Assembly (NCBI GenBank): GCA_964016885.1
Contig: OZ024743.1
Span: 103,416,001 to 103,480,000, forward strand
DNA: 64,000 nt
DNA from: Eledone cirrhosa
Lineage: Eukaryota
Reading direction: 5' to 3'
Shown: piece after piece, positions 37,433 through 52,739 of the stretch
How the letters are laid out: every line of letters begins with the position of its first letter
Numbering within the stretch: position 1 is the first letter of the stretch
Made by a program: the position numbers and the translations under genes
The notes under the pieces: model-generated
The model's database searches: none
What the model saw: the letters and a program-made list of their open reading frames with translations, nothing else
Told to the model about the DNA's origin: nothing

Positions 37433-38503
37433 TAATATATGATAAACACTTACGTGTTTTTGTTGCAATTGACAATAAAATAGCTAGAATGAAATATCTT
37501 AATTCAAATACATATAGTCTGCCTGTGTCGATCTAAAAAATAATAAATCAATACTCACAAACACATATGGGCAAAAGGTTTTGGTACCTAGACACGTTTA
37601 AATTTCAAAATACAAACTTTTTCCGCAGATCAGTCCGAATTTCAAAATTTAAACATGTTTCACAAAGGATGGTATAATAGTGAAATAATTAATTAATTAG
37701 TAGTGAGATAATTAATTTTCTGTGTTTATCAATAGATACCCAGATAAATTAAGTAACTTCACCTCGGAAAAATATCTAAGGTCTGGTTAACGTAGCGAAA
37801 ATACACGAGGTTTTGCACACGACTTATTCCAGTCCTCTAGCCTCCCACACTCATAGTGCTAGAAATAACAGCCATTTATATGGGATTACAAATTCAGCTC
37901 AACTGAGGGAGCAGTAATATAATATAACTTAGAGTTTACACTCAATGGGGTCATTTACAATTATTTTAGCTCTAAGAATCACTTCTGAGCAGTATAAATT
38001 AATATATGATAAACACTTACGTGTTTTTGTTGTAATTGACAATAAAATAGCTAGAATGAAATATCTTAATTCAAATACATATATTCTGCCTGTGTCGATC
38101 TAAAAAATAATAAATCAATACTCACAAACACATATGGGCAAAAGGCCTTGGTACCTAGACACGTTTAAATTTCAAAATACAAACTTTTTCCGCAGATCAG
38201 TCCGAACTTCAAAATTTAAAGATGTTTAAATTTTGAAGTTCGGACTGATCTGCGGAAAAAGTTTGTATTTTGAAATTTAAACGTGTCTAGGTACCAAGGC
38301 CTTTTGCCCATATGTGTTTGTGAGTATTGATTTATTATTTTTTAGATCGACACAGGCAGACTATATGTATTTGAATTAAGATATTTCATTCTAGCTATTT
38401 TATTGTCAATTACAACAAAAACACGTAAGTGTTTATCATATATTAATTTATACTGCTCAGAAGTGATTCTTAGAGCTAAAATAAGTGTAAACTCTAAGTT
38501 ATA
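37426..38503. repeat. 567-bp-period partial tandem repeat plus ~280-bp fold-back, flanked by (TA)n
   Basis: 37426-37655 is repeated at 37993-38222; palindrome centred at 38222/38223. Confidence 0.9.
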
Positions 38504-38589
38504 TATATATATATATATATATTATACGTATGTGTATGTGTGTTAATCATACCCACAATAATAAATTACAGGCTACAAATGGTTGCGTA

Positions 38590-38827
38590 GTAAACAGATA
38601 AAACAAGAGGAGCCACCATGGCAGAATTAAGCACCCTGTTTGTTGTCATGGTTCCGTCAGTTTTGCCGATGAGCGTTTTATTTGTTCAATCAATAGAACA
38701 ACTTTTATGAAATTAACGTGTAAGTCGCTGAGAATTCCGCTGTCATGGCTGGCCTTAACGTAATACTCAGGGAGATCTGTGTGGCGGAGTCTGTGAGACA
38801 AGGTTGGCTTTTGAATTACAGGTACAA
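38590..38827 (+). mobile_element. SINE family 3 (decayed)
   Basis: GAAATTAACGTGTAAGTCGCTGAG..CTTAACGTAATACTCAGGGAGAT..TTTGAATTACAGGTAC resembles, from memory, a common octopus SINE body. Confidence 0.5.
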
Positions 38828-39332
38828 TACATCAGATGTGGTTCCAGTCACGTTCCATCCACCCTGTTTCACTCATAAGCCATGAGTCGAACCAAACATT
38901 GCCCCAAATGCCATGCATTGTGATCGAACGCGGAACCTAATGATTCTGGACCATTGGCCATATTGCGTCCACATTGCAAAAACAACAACAACAACAACAA
39001 CGACGACGACGACGAGAAAAATATAAGAGAAGAAGGGAAAGGAATATAGAATGAACAAAAAGAGAAGAGTAAAGAAATGGGTAGTCAGCCACTACCCTTT
39101 CCTCACTCGGATTTGTTAGGACTTTAAGAGGGATGCGCTCCACAGGGTATAAAATGCCCAAGACACGTCGTGTGCAAGAATGAAGCCCCTGCGACTTCAT
39201 CAGTGTTAATGGCAAGAAGAAGATAGTAGATATGTTGGGCAATACGTTGCAACTGTAGAAATATTTGGGCACTGTAAGTATCTACATGACTAACCATTGA
39301 ACGGTTCGTTTGTTGGATTCCATAGTTTACAA

Positions 39333-39622
39333 CAAAGGGCTCAAACATGCGGCCCTAGGGCTGCATGCGTCCCGGAAAATGCTGTGCTATGGTCCATAGC
39401 AGAACAATTTTTGTGATTAAAGAAAGTTTGTAACGGAAAATTTTCCCCTGCATTTTGTACAAATTCACATATTCCCACTTTCATATGCGTCCACATTGCA
39501 AAAAAGACACTACATTTTGATGAAAAAATAAATAGTACTCTCTCAGTTGTATGGTAGAACGTCCTTATCCTACTTTTGGCCCCCTGTGCCTCACCCCCGT
39601 GGCCTTGATTTTGAGACCCCTG
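39333..39622. mobile_element. hAT (Charlie-like) MITE, decayed
   Basis: Ends CAAAGGGCTCAAAC..TTTGAGACCCCTG; subterminal GCGGCCC motif. Confidence 0.5.
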
Positions 39623-40637
39623 GTGTATAGGATGTTTCTGTAGCGAATATTAAGACGTGATAAGAAATTCAGTACAACAGACTATACACGTATAGTGCTG
39701 AATGTCACAGTAACCCAGACCGTAAATTGTGTGAAAATGAAATAAAACCAATAAAGGAGATGGCAATTGTATAGAAGGATCCCATTCAAGTAAATTTACA
39801 ATTTCTTTTTTTTTTGTTGCTTAAAAACCACGTAGCATACAATTTAAACCCTCCCACTTATGTATGTATGTATGTATGTATGTATGTATGTATGTATGTA
39901 TGTATGTATGTATGTATGTATGTATGTATGTATTACGTACGTACGTGCGTACGTGTATATGTACATATGTATATGTACATATGTATATGTACATATGTAT
40001 ATGTACATATGTACGTACGTATGTATGTAATTACATATGTACGTATGTATGTGTGTATGTATGCATGTACGTGTGTATGTATGTTCGTATGTATCAATGT
40101 ATCTGTGTACGCATATGTGTGTGTATGTATGTACGTATGTATGTATGTACGTACGTATCTGCGTACGTGTGTATGTACATATGCACGTACGTATTTCTTT
40201 CTTTTTTTTTTTTTTCATGTCTGACTGAAAGACTCTGGAGTTTTTACATGTCAGGGTTCAATTAATGAGGAATTTTAAGGTATTTATTACAATTATTGAG
40301 TATTTAATTACTGAGATATGATTGGACGGATTTACTCAAGTTTTTAATTATTAATTATTTTATTAGTAACTTCACATGAGGTTCTTGTATTATGTTGGAA
40401 GATTTTAATACAAAATATGAATATTGTATTTCAAATAGCTATGAAAATTTTGAGTGATTTATCATAATTGTTAGTTAATTATTAAAATAATAACTTAACG
40501 TGTGGTTGTTATATAGAATTTCATTTGGAAGACTTTAATTTAAATAGGAACCATTTCCACAGAACGAGCAACAATGTTGGCTGGGTTTATACCAAAATGG
40601 TTAATGAAGAATTATGAACAATTTACTAATATTATTA

Positions 40638-40947
40638 ATTGGCAGATCCGAGTTTAAATCCTGCCGAGGTTAACTTTGCCTTTCATCCTTACGGGGTTGA
40701 TAAAATAAAGTACCCGTAATGTACTGGGTAATTGCTGGCCTTGTGCCAAAAAGTAGAAACAATTATTAATTGGCAGTATCGGTAGAGGTCGGACGCCATG
40801 CTTTGAAGCATAGAGTTACCCCCTGTATGATCTGAGTTCAAATCCCGCCGAGGTTAACTTTGCCTTTCATCCTTACGGGGTCGATAAAATAAAGTACCAG
40901 TAATGCACTGGGTATTTGCTGGCCTTGTGCCAAAAGTAGAAACAATT
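40638..40947 (+). mobile_element. Two tandem SINE family 1 copies
   Basis: Family 1 motifs separated and flanked by ATTATTAATT. Confidence 0.85.
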
Positions 40948-41113
40948 ATTAATTATTTCATTACTAAGCTAGTAACTTAACATTTGGTTCTTATATAAAA
41001 TTATGTTGGAAGATTTTAACTGAAATAGGACACTTTTTAAATGGGTGAATTTGTTTCATCGAACCAGAATCTGTATTTGGTACAGAAAGCGTTATACAAC
41101 AAATAATAGATCG

Positions 41114-42928
<1,815 letters not shown>

Positions 42929-42930
42929 TA

Positions 42931-43827
42931 CGATGTGTGTCAGAAAAGTTCCAGGACTGATGTCACAAAAGATTTATTTCAAACCCAAACTTCACACTAA
43001 GAGTTTTCTCCTTCAAAGTAATCCCCCTGTAGTCTAATGCACTTTTCCATCCTTTTCTGCCACGCTTGCATGCACTCCTGGAAGGATTCTTCCGGGATCC
43101 TCCAAGTTCCGTCGTCACGGCCTTTTTGATGTCGTCCACGTCTTCAAAACGGGTTCCCATGATGACCCCCTTGATGACCTGGTGATGACTGTCCCTAGCA
43201 AGTCTGGTTCGGTTTCAAGACGCTCGAGGATGTCCTGGCACACTTGCATGCGTCGACCCTTCTAGTCATCGTTCAGCAGTTTTGGCACCATCTTCGCGCA
43301 GACTTTCCGCATGTCCAAATCTTCAGTGAGAATCTTCCAGATGCTGTCCCGTTTCATGCTCAGCTCATTTGCCATCAGTTGAACAGTCAGCCGACGATCG
43401 CTACGCACCATCTGCCTGACGCGCTCAACGTTGACCTCAGTCCTGGTTGTCGAGGGCCTTCCGCTCCTGGGGTCATCTTCTACGCCCTCGCGTCCTTCTT
43501 TAAACCTCTTGCACCACTCAAAAACACGTGAGCGTGACATCATCTCCATACACTTGCTGCACCAATCCTAGTGCTTCTGGCGGAGCTTTCCCCAATCGTA
43601 CCAGAAACTTCAAGTTTGTTCGTTGCTCTGTGCTCATTGCTTGACGACTTGAAACAGAGGACATGTATATAAAATTATGAAGAAAAAAGTTTGATCTCTG
43701 CAGAGAGCTAAGATTATAGTTACATACTCCAGGGGGATTACTTTGCAGGAGAAACTCTTAGTGTGAAGTTTGGGTTTGAAATAAATCTTTTGTTACATCA
43801 GTCCTGGAACTTTTCTGACACACCTCG
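42931..43827 (-). mobile_element. Internally deleted mariner element with ~100-bp TIRs and TA TSD
   Basis: TA|CGATGTGTGTCAGAAAAGTTCCAGGACTG...CAGTCCTGGAACTTTTCTGACACACCTCG|TA; HTH segment EWCKRFKEGREGVEDDPRSGRP..KVCAKMVPKLL and C-terminus GTRFEDVDDIK. Confidence 0.9.
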
Positions 43828-43848
43828 TATATATATATATATATTATA

Positions 43849-44190
43849 CTAGCTGAATTACCCGGCGTTGTCTAGATTACTGCTGTTCTTATTCATATTA
43901 GTAAACAATAAATATGAAAATGTTTTTTTTCTCATAATTATTTCAAAATATCTATATTTTATTTTTAAAATATCAAAATTGTAATGATGATAGAATTTAG
44001 AAATGAAAATCTGTCAGTCTTGAAGCACCTTAGTGTAAACAATATTTATTGTACATTTTTTTGTTGGTGTCCAAATGAATAAATTGTTGTTACACACATA
44101 CACTCTCATATACCTATACTAAGACAGACACACACAGACATACATTCACGCAGACACGCGCATAGCTTTTATCCTTATTTTTGGTCAGTA
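43849..44190 (-). mobile_element. Non-autonomous Helitron-like element
   Basis: Plus-strand A|CTAGCTGAATTACCCGGCGTTG reads as a 3' CTAG with a decayed hairpin on the minus strand. Confidence 0.55.
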
Positions 44191-44201
44191 TATATATACA
44201 G

Positions 44202-44291
<90 letters not shown>

Positions 44292-44316
44292 TATATACAT
44301 ATATATATGTATATAT

Positions 44317-44371
<55 letters not shown>

Positions 44372-44498
44372 AAAGTTATATTTAAATTGTTGGGTTACAA
44401 CTAGTAAATATTTATAGCTGATATAAAAGCACTCAACAAGTATTTGGAGTATATTTACGATATTAAATAAATGGAAACTATATTTATAAAACCATATT

Positions 44499-44564
44499 TA
44501 TTTCATTATATATATTTCAGGGATATCATATTAACAATATGTTATGCCTTCCTCAGACAAAATA
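44499..44564 (-). ncRNA. Hammerhead ribozyme in the 3' pLTR
   Basis: TATTTTGT-CTGAGGA-AGGcATAaCATATTgttAATATGaTATcCCT-GAAATATATATA-ATGAAATA. Confidence 0.85.
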
Positions 44565-44675
44565 CAATATAGACAGTTTTATAGATAAATAGATTTGACA
44601 TACCGTTCAACATCGACTTGTATTTGAAAAAGTTGATTTGGCAGTGAAAAATTGTAAACAGAAAGAAAGAAAGAG

Positions 44676-44710
<35 letters not shown>

Positions 44711-45425
44711 AAACGATGAAAAAGAAGAAAAAGAAGAAATGCATGCAACAAAATAGAGAGATGGAAAGATAGATAAAGAGAAGAACTTAATGTAAAGAAA
44801 CAGAGAGAGATATATATAGAGAGAGGAAATAGATAGAGATAGATATATATAGAGAAAAGTAGGTAGTTGGACATCCGTTGAATGAACGTATCAATGATAC
44901 ATTTATTTATTTATTTATTTATTTAGCTCTAGTATTAATGTAAGGGAGATATATGTGGTTAGGAAAGAAACCAGCCGTTATATAGAGAGAAAAATGAAAA
45001 GTAACCAGACATAGGCGAGGCATAGTTTAAAAACCCTATGTTTAATGTAGAAATATTAGTACGTATAAAAACAGGCACTATAATGTAAATATCAGTATTC
45101 CTGAATGAGACACGTATCCATAATGTGTGAAAAGTAATGATCTTATGTCTAGTTTTAAAAATTCATATGTTTATATGATAACTACAAACATCGATGTGAA
45201 TTTACGTGATCAACTCTGCAAACCCCTATTTCACACGGAGAACATTCTCATTGTGCTATAAAAATTTAAGTATACATATATGTGTATATATATACACATA
45301 TATATAGAGTCTATATTAATTTTAACAATACTATTCTTGTCTTTACTCTACATGATTATCTATCAAGTAGAAATAGAGAACAGATTTCAATATATTAATA
45401 AAAAATATCAGAAACAAAAACAAAA

Positions 45426-45476
<51 letters not shown>

Positions 45477-45975
45477 TAATAAACAAATAAATAAAATAGA
45501 AAACTAAAAAATAAAAAATATTACATATTAAAAATAAAAATATTAAAAATATTAAAAAATATTAAAAAATATTACAATAATAAAAAATAAAAACATAATA
45601 GAAACATAATATGCCACGCAAATCGACCACAAAGATCAACCCTTCAAAATTAATTGACAATATATTGCCAAGTTCATTATAAGCATCAGAGTCGAAAACA
45701 GATAAAGCTAAAAATTATTTACCAAATCGCGTCTAGCAAAAATCATTTCAAAAAGTTTATGATGCCCATTTGGTCTACATATGTTCTTATATTTAATATA
45801 GAAGTTTATCTAGTGTAACGTTTATTCGAAATATTTGGAGCATCAACTTTTAGGGTAGTTTAATTTTTCATGAAGAATGTTTAAATAAAAATAAAAATAA
45901 AAAGAAGAATAAAAAGAAGAAATCGAAAGATTTATCGGCTAGTTTCCCAAATAATTATAAATCAAACTAAATATA

Positions 45976-48193
45976 CTACATTTTAAATTTAAATTTATAT
46001 TTAAAAGTTGAGTTTAATCTATGTTTGCAGCAACTGAATAAATTTGTCCGTAGATTAAGGGAATTTTTAGATTTTAGTATAAAGAATATCTCCTCTGCGC
46101 AGAGGTCACATGTCTCAGAGGATGAATTAAAAGGAATCCCTCTTGAGACTATATTCCAAGCCGTCGAATATCTAACGTTATCTTTCCTAAGTTGCCAGAG
46201 TACGCCTGATAGTGCTGTTGAAGATTTTTTGCTTGGATCTGTGAAAGAATTCTTGTGGTTATTATAGCGAAGTTTAAATTCCGTCGATGTGGAACCGACG
46301 TAGTTAAAAGAATTAGAGTCAGTTTTAACATTACAATTGTATATTATATTTTTAACTAAGCAGTTGTTATTTAACGGACATTTAGATCTATCTCTACAGT
46401 TACATTTGTTAACTTGTATATTATTTATGCTATTATCGCTAGGTTTTAAGTTCCTATTATTTATTCTATTAATATTTTGTGCTAAATTTTTGGTGGATGA
46501 GTAGGTTAATTTTATAGTATGTCTATTGAAAATTGAGTGATACCTATGTGTTCTAGTGAAGCGATTATCAAGAGCTTTAAAAAATAGTTTAGCGATGTGG
46601 GTTTTAATGTTTAGTGAGAAAGGGGGGGGGGGCAAACCATATTATGTTCCTAGTTCTATTTCTTTTTTGGCTTTTGGAATTATTGTAATGCTTTCTATTA
46701 TAGTTGTTAAGGTTGTTGCCGTAATTAAAATAGTTGTTATTTTGTTTAGTTTGTCTATCATTATCTATGTACATAATCTTATCACTATATCCTGCTCTAG
46801 CTAACGCTTCATTGTAGTACTGGGCTTTTTCGTCGAAAATCTTTCTATTAGACGAGATTCTAGAGATACGTTTTTGAACAGAGTTTACTATAGTGTTTTT
46901 GACAGATCTGGGGTGGTTAGAGTTAAAGCTGACATAGTTTAAGTTTTCATTCAACTTGTGAAAAGGATAGTGAAGACATGTGTTGAGATTTAATGTTATA
47001 TCTAGGAAATTGACTATTCTATGGTTGTTCTCAATTTCTATTTTAAGATTAAAGTAATTAAAAAATTGTGTAATTTGTTTTCTTTTTCTATTTAGTTCAG
47101 AGTTATTATTATCAATAAGTAAAAGCATGTCATCACTATATAAACCTCCGGTAGTACCAGGTATTTTCCTATGTAGCGAATTGATTAAAAATAAGCCCAC
47201 AAGGTCAGTTACCTGAGCTGAGTCGGATGATCCCATAGTAATGTCAAAATTGCTATCTCTATCTGCTCTGGTCCATAGTTGGTCATTAAATTCTATCAAT
47301 GTTTTCCTAGCCGATAATATAATGTGTATTTCATTGCTAGTTAGGTCTGTATGTTTGAATGCGTAATTTAGTGCCTTATTTAGTAGATTAGGGGTAATAG
47401 AAGAATAATAGTTAGCAATATCAAGTTGAATAAACTTATTATTATTGTTATATTTAATTTGCTTAAACCACTCAACAACCTCTCCAGTTCCCTTCCACAA
47501 GCTCAGGTTAGGTAAACAATCCAAGTTCTTAATTTGCTGTATCACCCTGTCAAGAATGTTTTTGCTTAATTTGCCCAGGTCCGATTTTGATGGTGCGATC
47601 AATCTAACTGGCAAGTCATTTTCAAAATTCCTTTTGTGATCTTTCATATTGATCTTCGGTTTCCTGGGCACGAAAGGTTGTGTTCTGTTCTCAATTTCCA
47701 ACTCGTGCATTATACAAGATGATTCGACATTCATTTTCTCAAGCTCGGCCTTATCTGCTACCTTGTACTTTTTCCTCAGTTCCTTCAGTATGAGGCCATT
47801 ATACATGTCTCTCTGCACTCCATAGAGGTTGTTGGTCTTGTCAGATTTCACCAAGATCTTCTCAGTTTTCTCTAAGCTCTCAATATTATCCTTAATGCCT
47901 TTCAGATATTCCTGGCCTTTGAAGTTTCTCTTGAATTTGACCCCTTGTATGATAGAAATTATATCGTTTTCAAAGTCAGATAAAAGTTTGCTAGGGGGTG
48001 GATTTCTTTTAGATTTGAAAACTTTGTTTAAGTCCGAGACATTTTCATTTATATTAGATTTATCAAAGTGTAATGCTCGCCACCTGATTCTCCTTATAAA
48101 AGAGTCAGATTTATCTATTAATTGTTTTATAAAGTCTTTGTTTCTAGGTAGAGGTATGTCTTTTAAAGAGGAAGTAATCTTAAAGAATTCCAT
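45976..48193 (-). CDS. PLE reverse transcriptase-GIY-YIG endonuclease (738 aa if the G11 run at 46622-46632 is G10)
   Basis: SLKDIPLP..FIRRIRWRA N-terminus, FIQLDIANYYSSI, FDITMGSSDSAQ, GLYSDD, FLDITL, WFAPP, CNC..CPL..C, IIYNC..YVGST, CDLC..CKH; a single frameshift. Confidence 0.85.
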
Positions 48194-48371
48194 TTTTTCA
48201 GTTATAATATAAAGCGCTCAACAGTATTGGAGCAAGATACATGGAAAGTTATATTTAAATTGTTGGGTTACAACTAGTAAATATTTATAACTGATATAAA
48301 AGCACTCAATAAGTATTTGGAGTATATTTACGATATTAAATAAATGGAAACTATATTTATAAAACCATATT

Positions 48372-48437
48372 TATTTCATTATATATATTTCAGGGATATC
48401 ATATTAACAATATGTTATGCCTTCCTCAGACAAAATA
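48372..48437 (-). ncRNA. Hammerhead ribozyme in the 5' pLTR
   Basis: Identical to the 44499-44564 motif. Confidence 0.85.
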
Positions 48438-49350
48438 CAATATAGACAGTTTTATAGATAAATAGATTTGACATACCGTTCAACATGGACTTGTATTTGA
48501 AAAAGGTGATTTGGCAGTGAAAATTTGTAAACAGAAAGAAAGAAAGAGAGAAAGAAGGAAAGAAAGAAAGAAAACGAAGAAAAAGAAGAAGAAGAAATGC
48601 ATGCAACAAAATAGAGAGATGGAAAGATAGATAAAGAGAAGAACTTCATGTAAAGAAACAGAGAGAGATATATATAGAGAGAGGAAATAGATAGAGATAG
48701 ATATATATAGAGAAAAGTAGGTAGTTGGACATCCGTTGAATGAACGTATCAATGATACATTTATTTATTTATTTATTTATTTAGCTCTAGTATTAATGTA
48801 AGGGAGATATATGTGGTTAGGAAAGAAACCAGCCGTTATATAGAGAGAAAAATGAAAAGTAACCAGACATAGGCGAGGCATAGTTTAAAAACCCTATGTT
48901 TAATGTAGAAATATTAGTACGTATAAAAACAGGCACTATAATGTAAATATCAGTATTCCTGAATGAGACACGTATCCATAATGTGTGAAAAGTAATGATC
49001 TTATGTCTAGTTTTAAAAATTCATATGTTTATATGATAACTACAAACATCGATGTGAATTTACGTGATCAACTCTGCAAACCCCTATTTCACACGGAGAA
49101 CATTCTCATTGTGCTATAAAAATTTAAGTATACATATATGTGTATATATATACACATATATATAGAGTCTATATTAATTTTAACAATACTATTCTTGTCT
49201 TTACTCTACATGATTATCTATCAACTAGAAATAGAGAACAGATTTCAATATATTAATAAAAAATTTTTCACTGCCAAATCAACTTTTTCAAATACAAGTC
49301 GATGTTGAACGGTATGTCAAATCTATTTATCTATAAAACTGTCTATATTG

Positions 49351-49416
49351 TATTTTGTCTGAGGAAGGCATAACATATTGTTAATATGATATACCTGAAA
49401 TATATATAATGAAATA
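49351..49416 (+). ncRNA. Hammerhead ribozyme in the inverted pLTR copy
   Basis: Same motif; one change at a mismatched stem II position. Confidence 0.85.
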
Positions 49417-49442
49417 AATATGGTTTTATAAATATAGTTTCC

Positions 49443-49509
<67 letters not shown>

Positions 49510-49510
49510 A

Positions 49511-49550
<40 letters not shown>

Positions 49551-49552
<2 letters not shown>

Positions 49553-50085
49553 GGGTCACTCTTGAGTGCTACTGGTAACATGTAAGCCAGTACAACTTGT
49601 CGTATGGTTGGGTCGTCGGCGACTAAACCGGCAACACCACCAGGTTTACTTGGTGATGAGGCTGATTTTGGATACCCTGCAGGACAAAAAACAAAACCTG
49701 ACAAAGGGCGGAAGAACTCATTAGAGTCAACGGCCATCGAAAAGTGTGTAAATATGTATATACACATGTATCGCGCGGTTAAGCCACTGAGAGTGAAGGA
49801 CCCCTAGCCTTTGTCAGGACATTCTTCTAGGAGAAGGCAACTCAGGAAATTGGGATATCTCCGATATAAAACCTGCGGCTCAGTAGTTACCGATGATGTT
49901 GATCTTTTCTTCTTTTCGGCTCATAGCTACTGTCTCTCAGAGAGTGGGATTGGCTCAGTGCACAGTCTTTCCTCACTTTAAAAAATATCTTTACGCACAG
50001 GCATTGCACGATAGAATTAATTAATAATTATTAATAATGGTATATCGTGCAATGGCCATACTCGATAACGAGGGGGCAGCCATCA
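49551..50085 (+). mobile_element. Bipartite RTE-derived element, subfamily A
   Basis: Reverse-complement homologue of 5580-6116 with a TATG tail. Confidence 0.65.
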
Positions 50086-50159
50086 TGTATGTATGTACAT
50101 ATGTACGTAAGTATGTATGTACTGGGATACATGTTACCAGTAGCACCAACTGGTGACCT

Positions 50160-50192
50160 GACATATATATATACATACATACATACATACAT

Positions 50193-50229
<37 letters not shown>

Positions 50230-50232
50230 CAT

Positions 50233-50277
<45 letters not shown>

Positions 50278-50280
50278 CAT

Positions 50281-50325
<45 letters not shown>

Positions 50326-51038
50326 CATACACATATATATATACATATACATACATACACATATATATATATATATACATACATACATACATACACATAT
50401 ATATATATATATACATACATACATACATACATACACATATATATATATATATACATACATACACATATATATATATATATATACATACATACACATATAT
50501 ATATATATACACATACATACACATATATATATATATATATATACATACATACACGTATATATATATATATATACATACATACACATATATATATATATAT
50601 ATATACATACATACACACATATATATATATATATACATACATACACACATATATATATATATATATACATACATACACATATATACACATACATACATAC
50701 ACATATATATATATATACATACATACATACATACATAAACATACATATATAAACATACATATACATACATATATATATATATACATACATACATAAACAT
50801 ATATATACATACATACATAAACATACATATATAAACATACATATATATATATATATATATATACATACATAAACATATATATACATACATACATAAACAT
50901 ACATATATAAACATACATATACATATATATATATACATACATACATAAACATACATATACATACTTATATAAACATACATATACATACATATATATATAT
51001 ACATACACATATATATATATATACATACATACACATAT
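50160..51038. repeat. Compound (TA)n/(CATA)n microsatellite
   Basis: Low complexity; produces the 249-380 aa YIYM artefact ORFs. Confidence 0.95.
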
Positions 51039-52012
51039 ATGGTGACTGCCAACTCGTTTTCGAGTACGGCCACTACTTTATATCCATGTAGAAGAACTCC
51101 TACCGATGCACTGAACGAGTGTGACTTTTTAGTCCAGCCAGCGACTTGAAAACTCTGGTACAAACACTACACTTGTGACATAGTGCTGGGCCCATGGTAC
51201 CATGTGACGACAAGTGCAGAGAGATCTCCAGATATAAAGCAATGCTTGTGCCATGAAGCTTTTATAGTGAGCAAAGGCACTGCACAAAGCCAGTCCCACT
51301 CTCTTAACCAAGATGATATTTACCAAAAAGAACAAGTCAACATCATTGGATACCATCAGAGTTGCAGGTGTTATATCAGAGTTTTCCTTCTCCTAGAATT
51401 CTGCCTTGACAAAGGCTAAGGGGTCATCTCTCCCGGGAATGTCGGGTCATCTCTCCATGGTCGGGTCGTTGGCGACTAAACTGGCAACCCCACCAAGGTT
51501 TCTTGGTGAGGAGGGTGACCTTGGACATCCTGCAGGACTAAAAACAAAACCTGTCAAAGGGCAAAGGAGCTCTTAAGAGTCAATGGCCATCCAAAATCAC
51601 CGGGAGAGATGACCCCTTAGCCTTTGTCAAGGCAGAATTCTAGGAGAAGGAAAACTCTGATATCACACCTGCAACCCTGATGATATCCAATGATGTTGAC
51701 TTGTTCTTCTTTTTGGTAAATATCATCTTGGTTAAGAGAGTGGGACTGGCTTTGTGCAGTGCCTTTGCTCACTATAAAAACTTCACGGCACAGGCATTGC
51801 TTTATATCTGGAGATCTCTCTGCACTTGTCGTCACATGGTACCATGGGCCCAGCACTATGTGTCAGTAATTGTCACATGTGTAATGTTTGTACCAAAGTT
51901 TTCAAGTCGCTGGCCGGACTGAAAAGTCACACTCGTTCAGCGCATCGGTAGGGGTCCTCCTACATGGATATAAAGTAGTGGCCGTACTCGAAAACGAATT
52001 GGCAGCCACCAT
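51039..52012. mobile_element. Two head-to-head RTE-derived subfamily B copies (fold-back)
   Basis: 51039-51437 is the reverse complement of ~51600-52012. Confidence 0.85.
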
Positions 52013-52309
52013 ACATACGTATGTACGTATGTATGCATATATCTATATAAGTATGTATGTACGTATGTGTATATGTATGTATGTATGTATGTGTATGTAT
52101 GATGTGTGTATGTATGTATGTGTGTATGTATGATGTGTGTATGTAAATATGTTCGTATGTATGTGTGTATATATGTATGTGTGTATGTATGATGTATGTA
52201 TGTATGCTTCTATATACATGGATGGCTTGTGAGTGATCTATTTTTAGCATTCCTCCCTACTTACTACTACACATGACTGACATAAACCGCCATAAACTCA
52301 AGTCAAACA

Positions 52310-52720
52310 TAAGTGCGGGACAGCCTCCAGAATATATTTGTTTATGCCGTTTGTAAAATAAGTTGGATTACATTGAATATATAATGAATGTATATTACAT
52401 AATTTATTTAATCGTAACTTGATTAAATATATTTTATTGCTTATTTAAAGATTCGCTTCTTTAAAATGTTCAAATGTCAACACTTCCAGTTAGCGATCGC
52501 TTATATAAACTTTCATATATTTCCGTCACTAATGTTTCTCCTAATGCAGTTTATATATAATATATTTTTTTAATGTATCATGGATTACGTTACTGATTAC
52601 ATAAGACAGTGTAACGCAGTCTTCATTTAATGTCTGTGTATATTGTGAATTGCGATTTTATTTGATGTATCATATCTCCATGCATATATATTTGTGTATA
52701 ATAGCAATATGCACACTATA
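52310..52720 (+). mobile_element. Helitron family X copy
   Basis: Homologous to 17362-17668 and 28409-28570. Confidence 0.65.
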
Positions 52721-52739
52721 CATAATTTAATTCAATAAA

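Larger units (their letters stand above)
44368..49449 (-). mobile_element. Near-intact Naiad-type PLE: inverted partial pLTR, pLTR, ORF, pLTR; inserted in (TA)n
   Basis: Direct repeats 44368-45406 and 48241-49264 (about 1 kb, few differences), inverted copy 49262-49449, RT-GIY-YIG ORF, TA tracts on both sides. Confidence 0.95.

Noticed and set aside
45600-45975. SECIS search in the 3'UTR of the near-intact PLE
   Set aside because: Only weak ATGA..AA..GA matches, and the ORF has no in-frame TGA.
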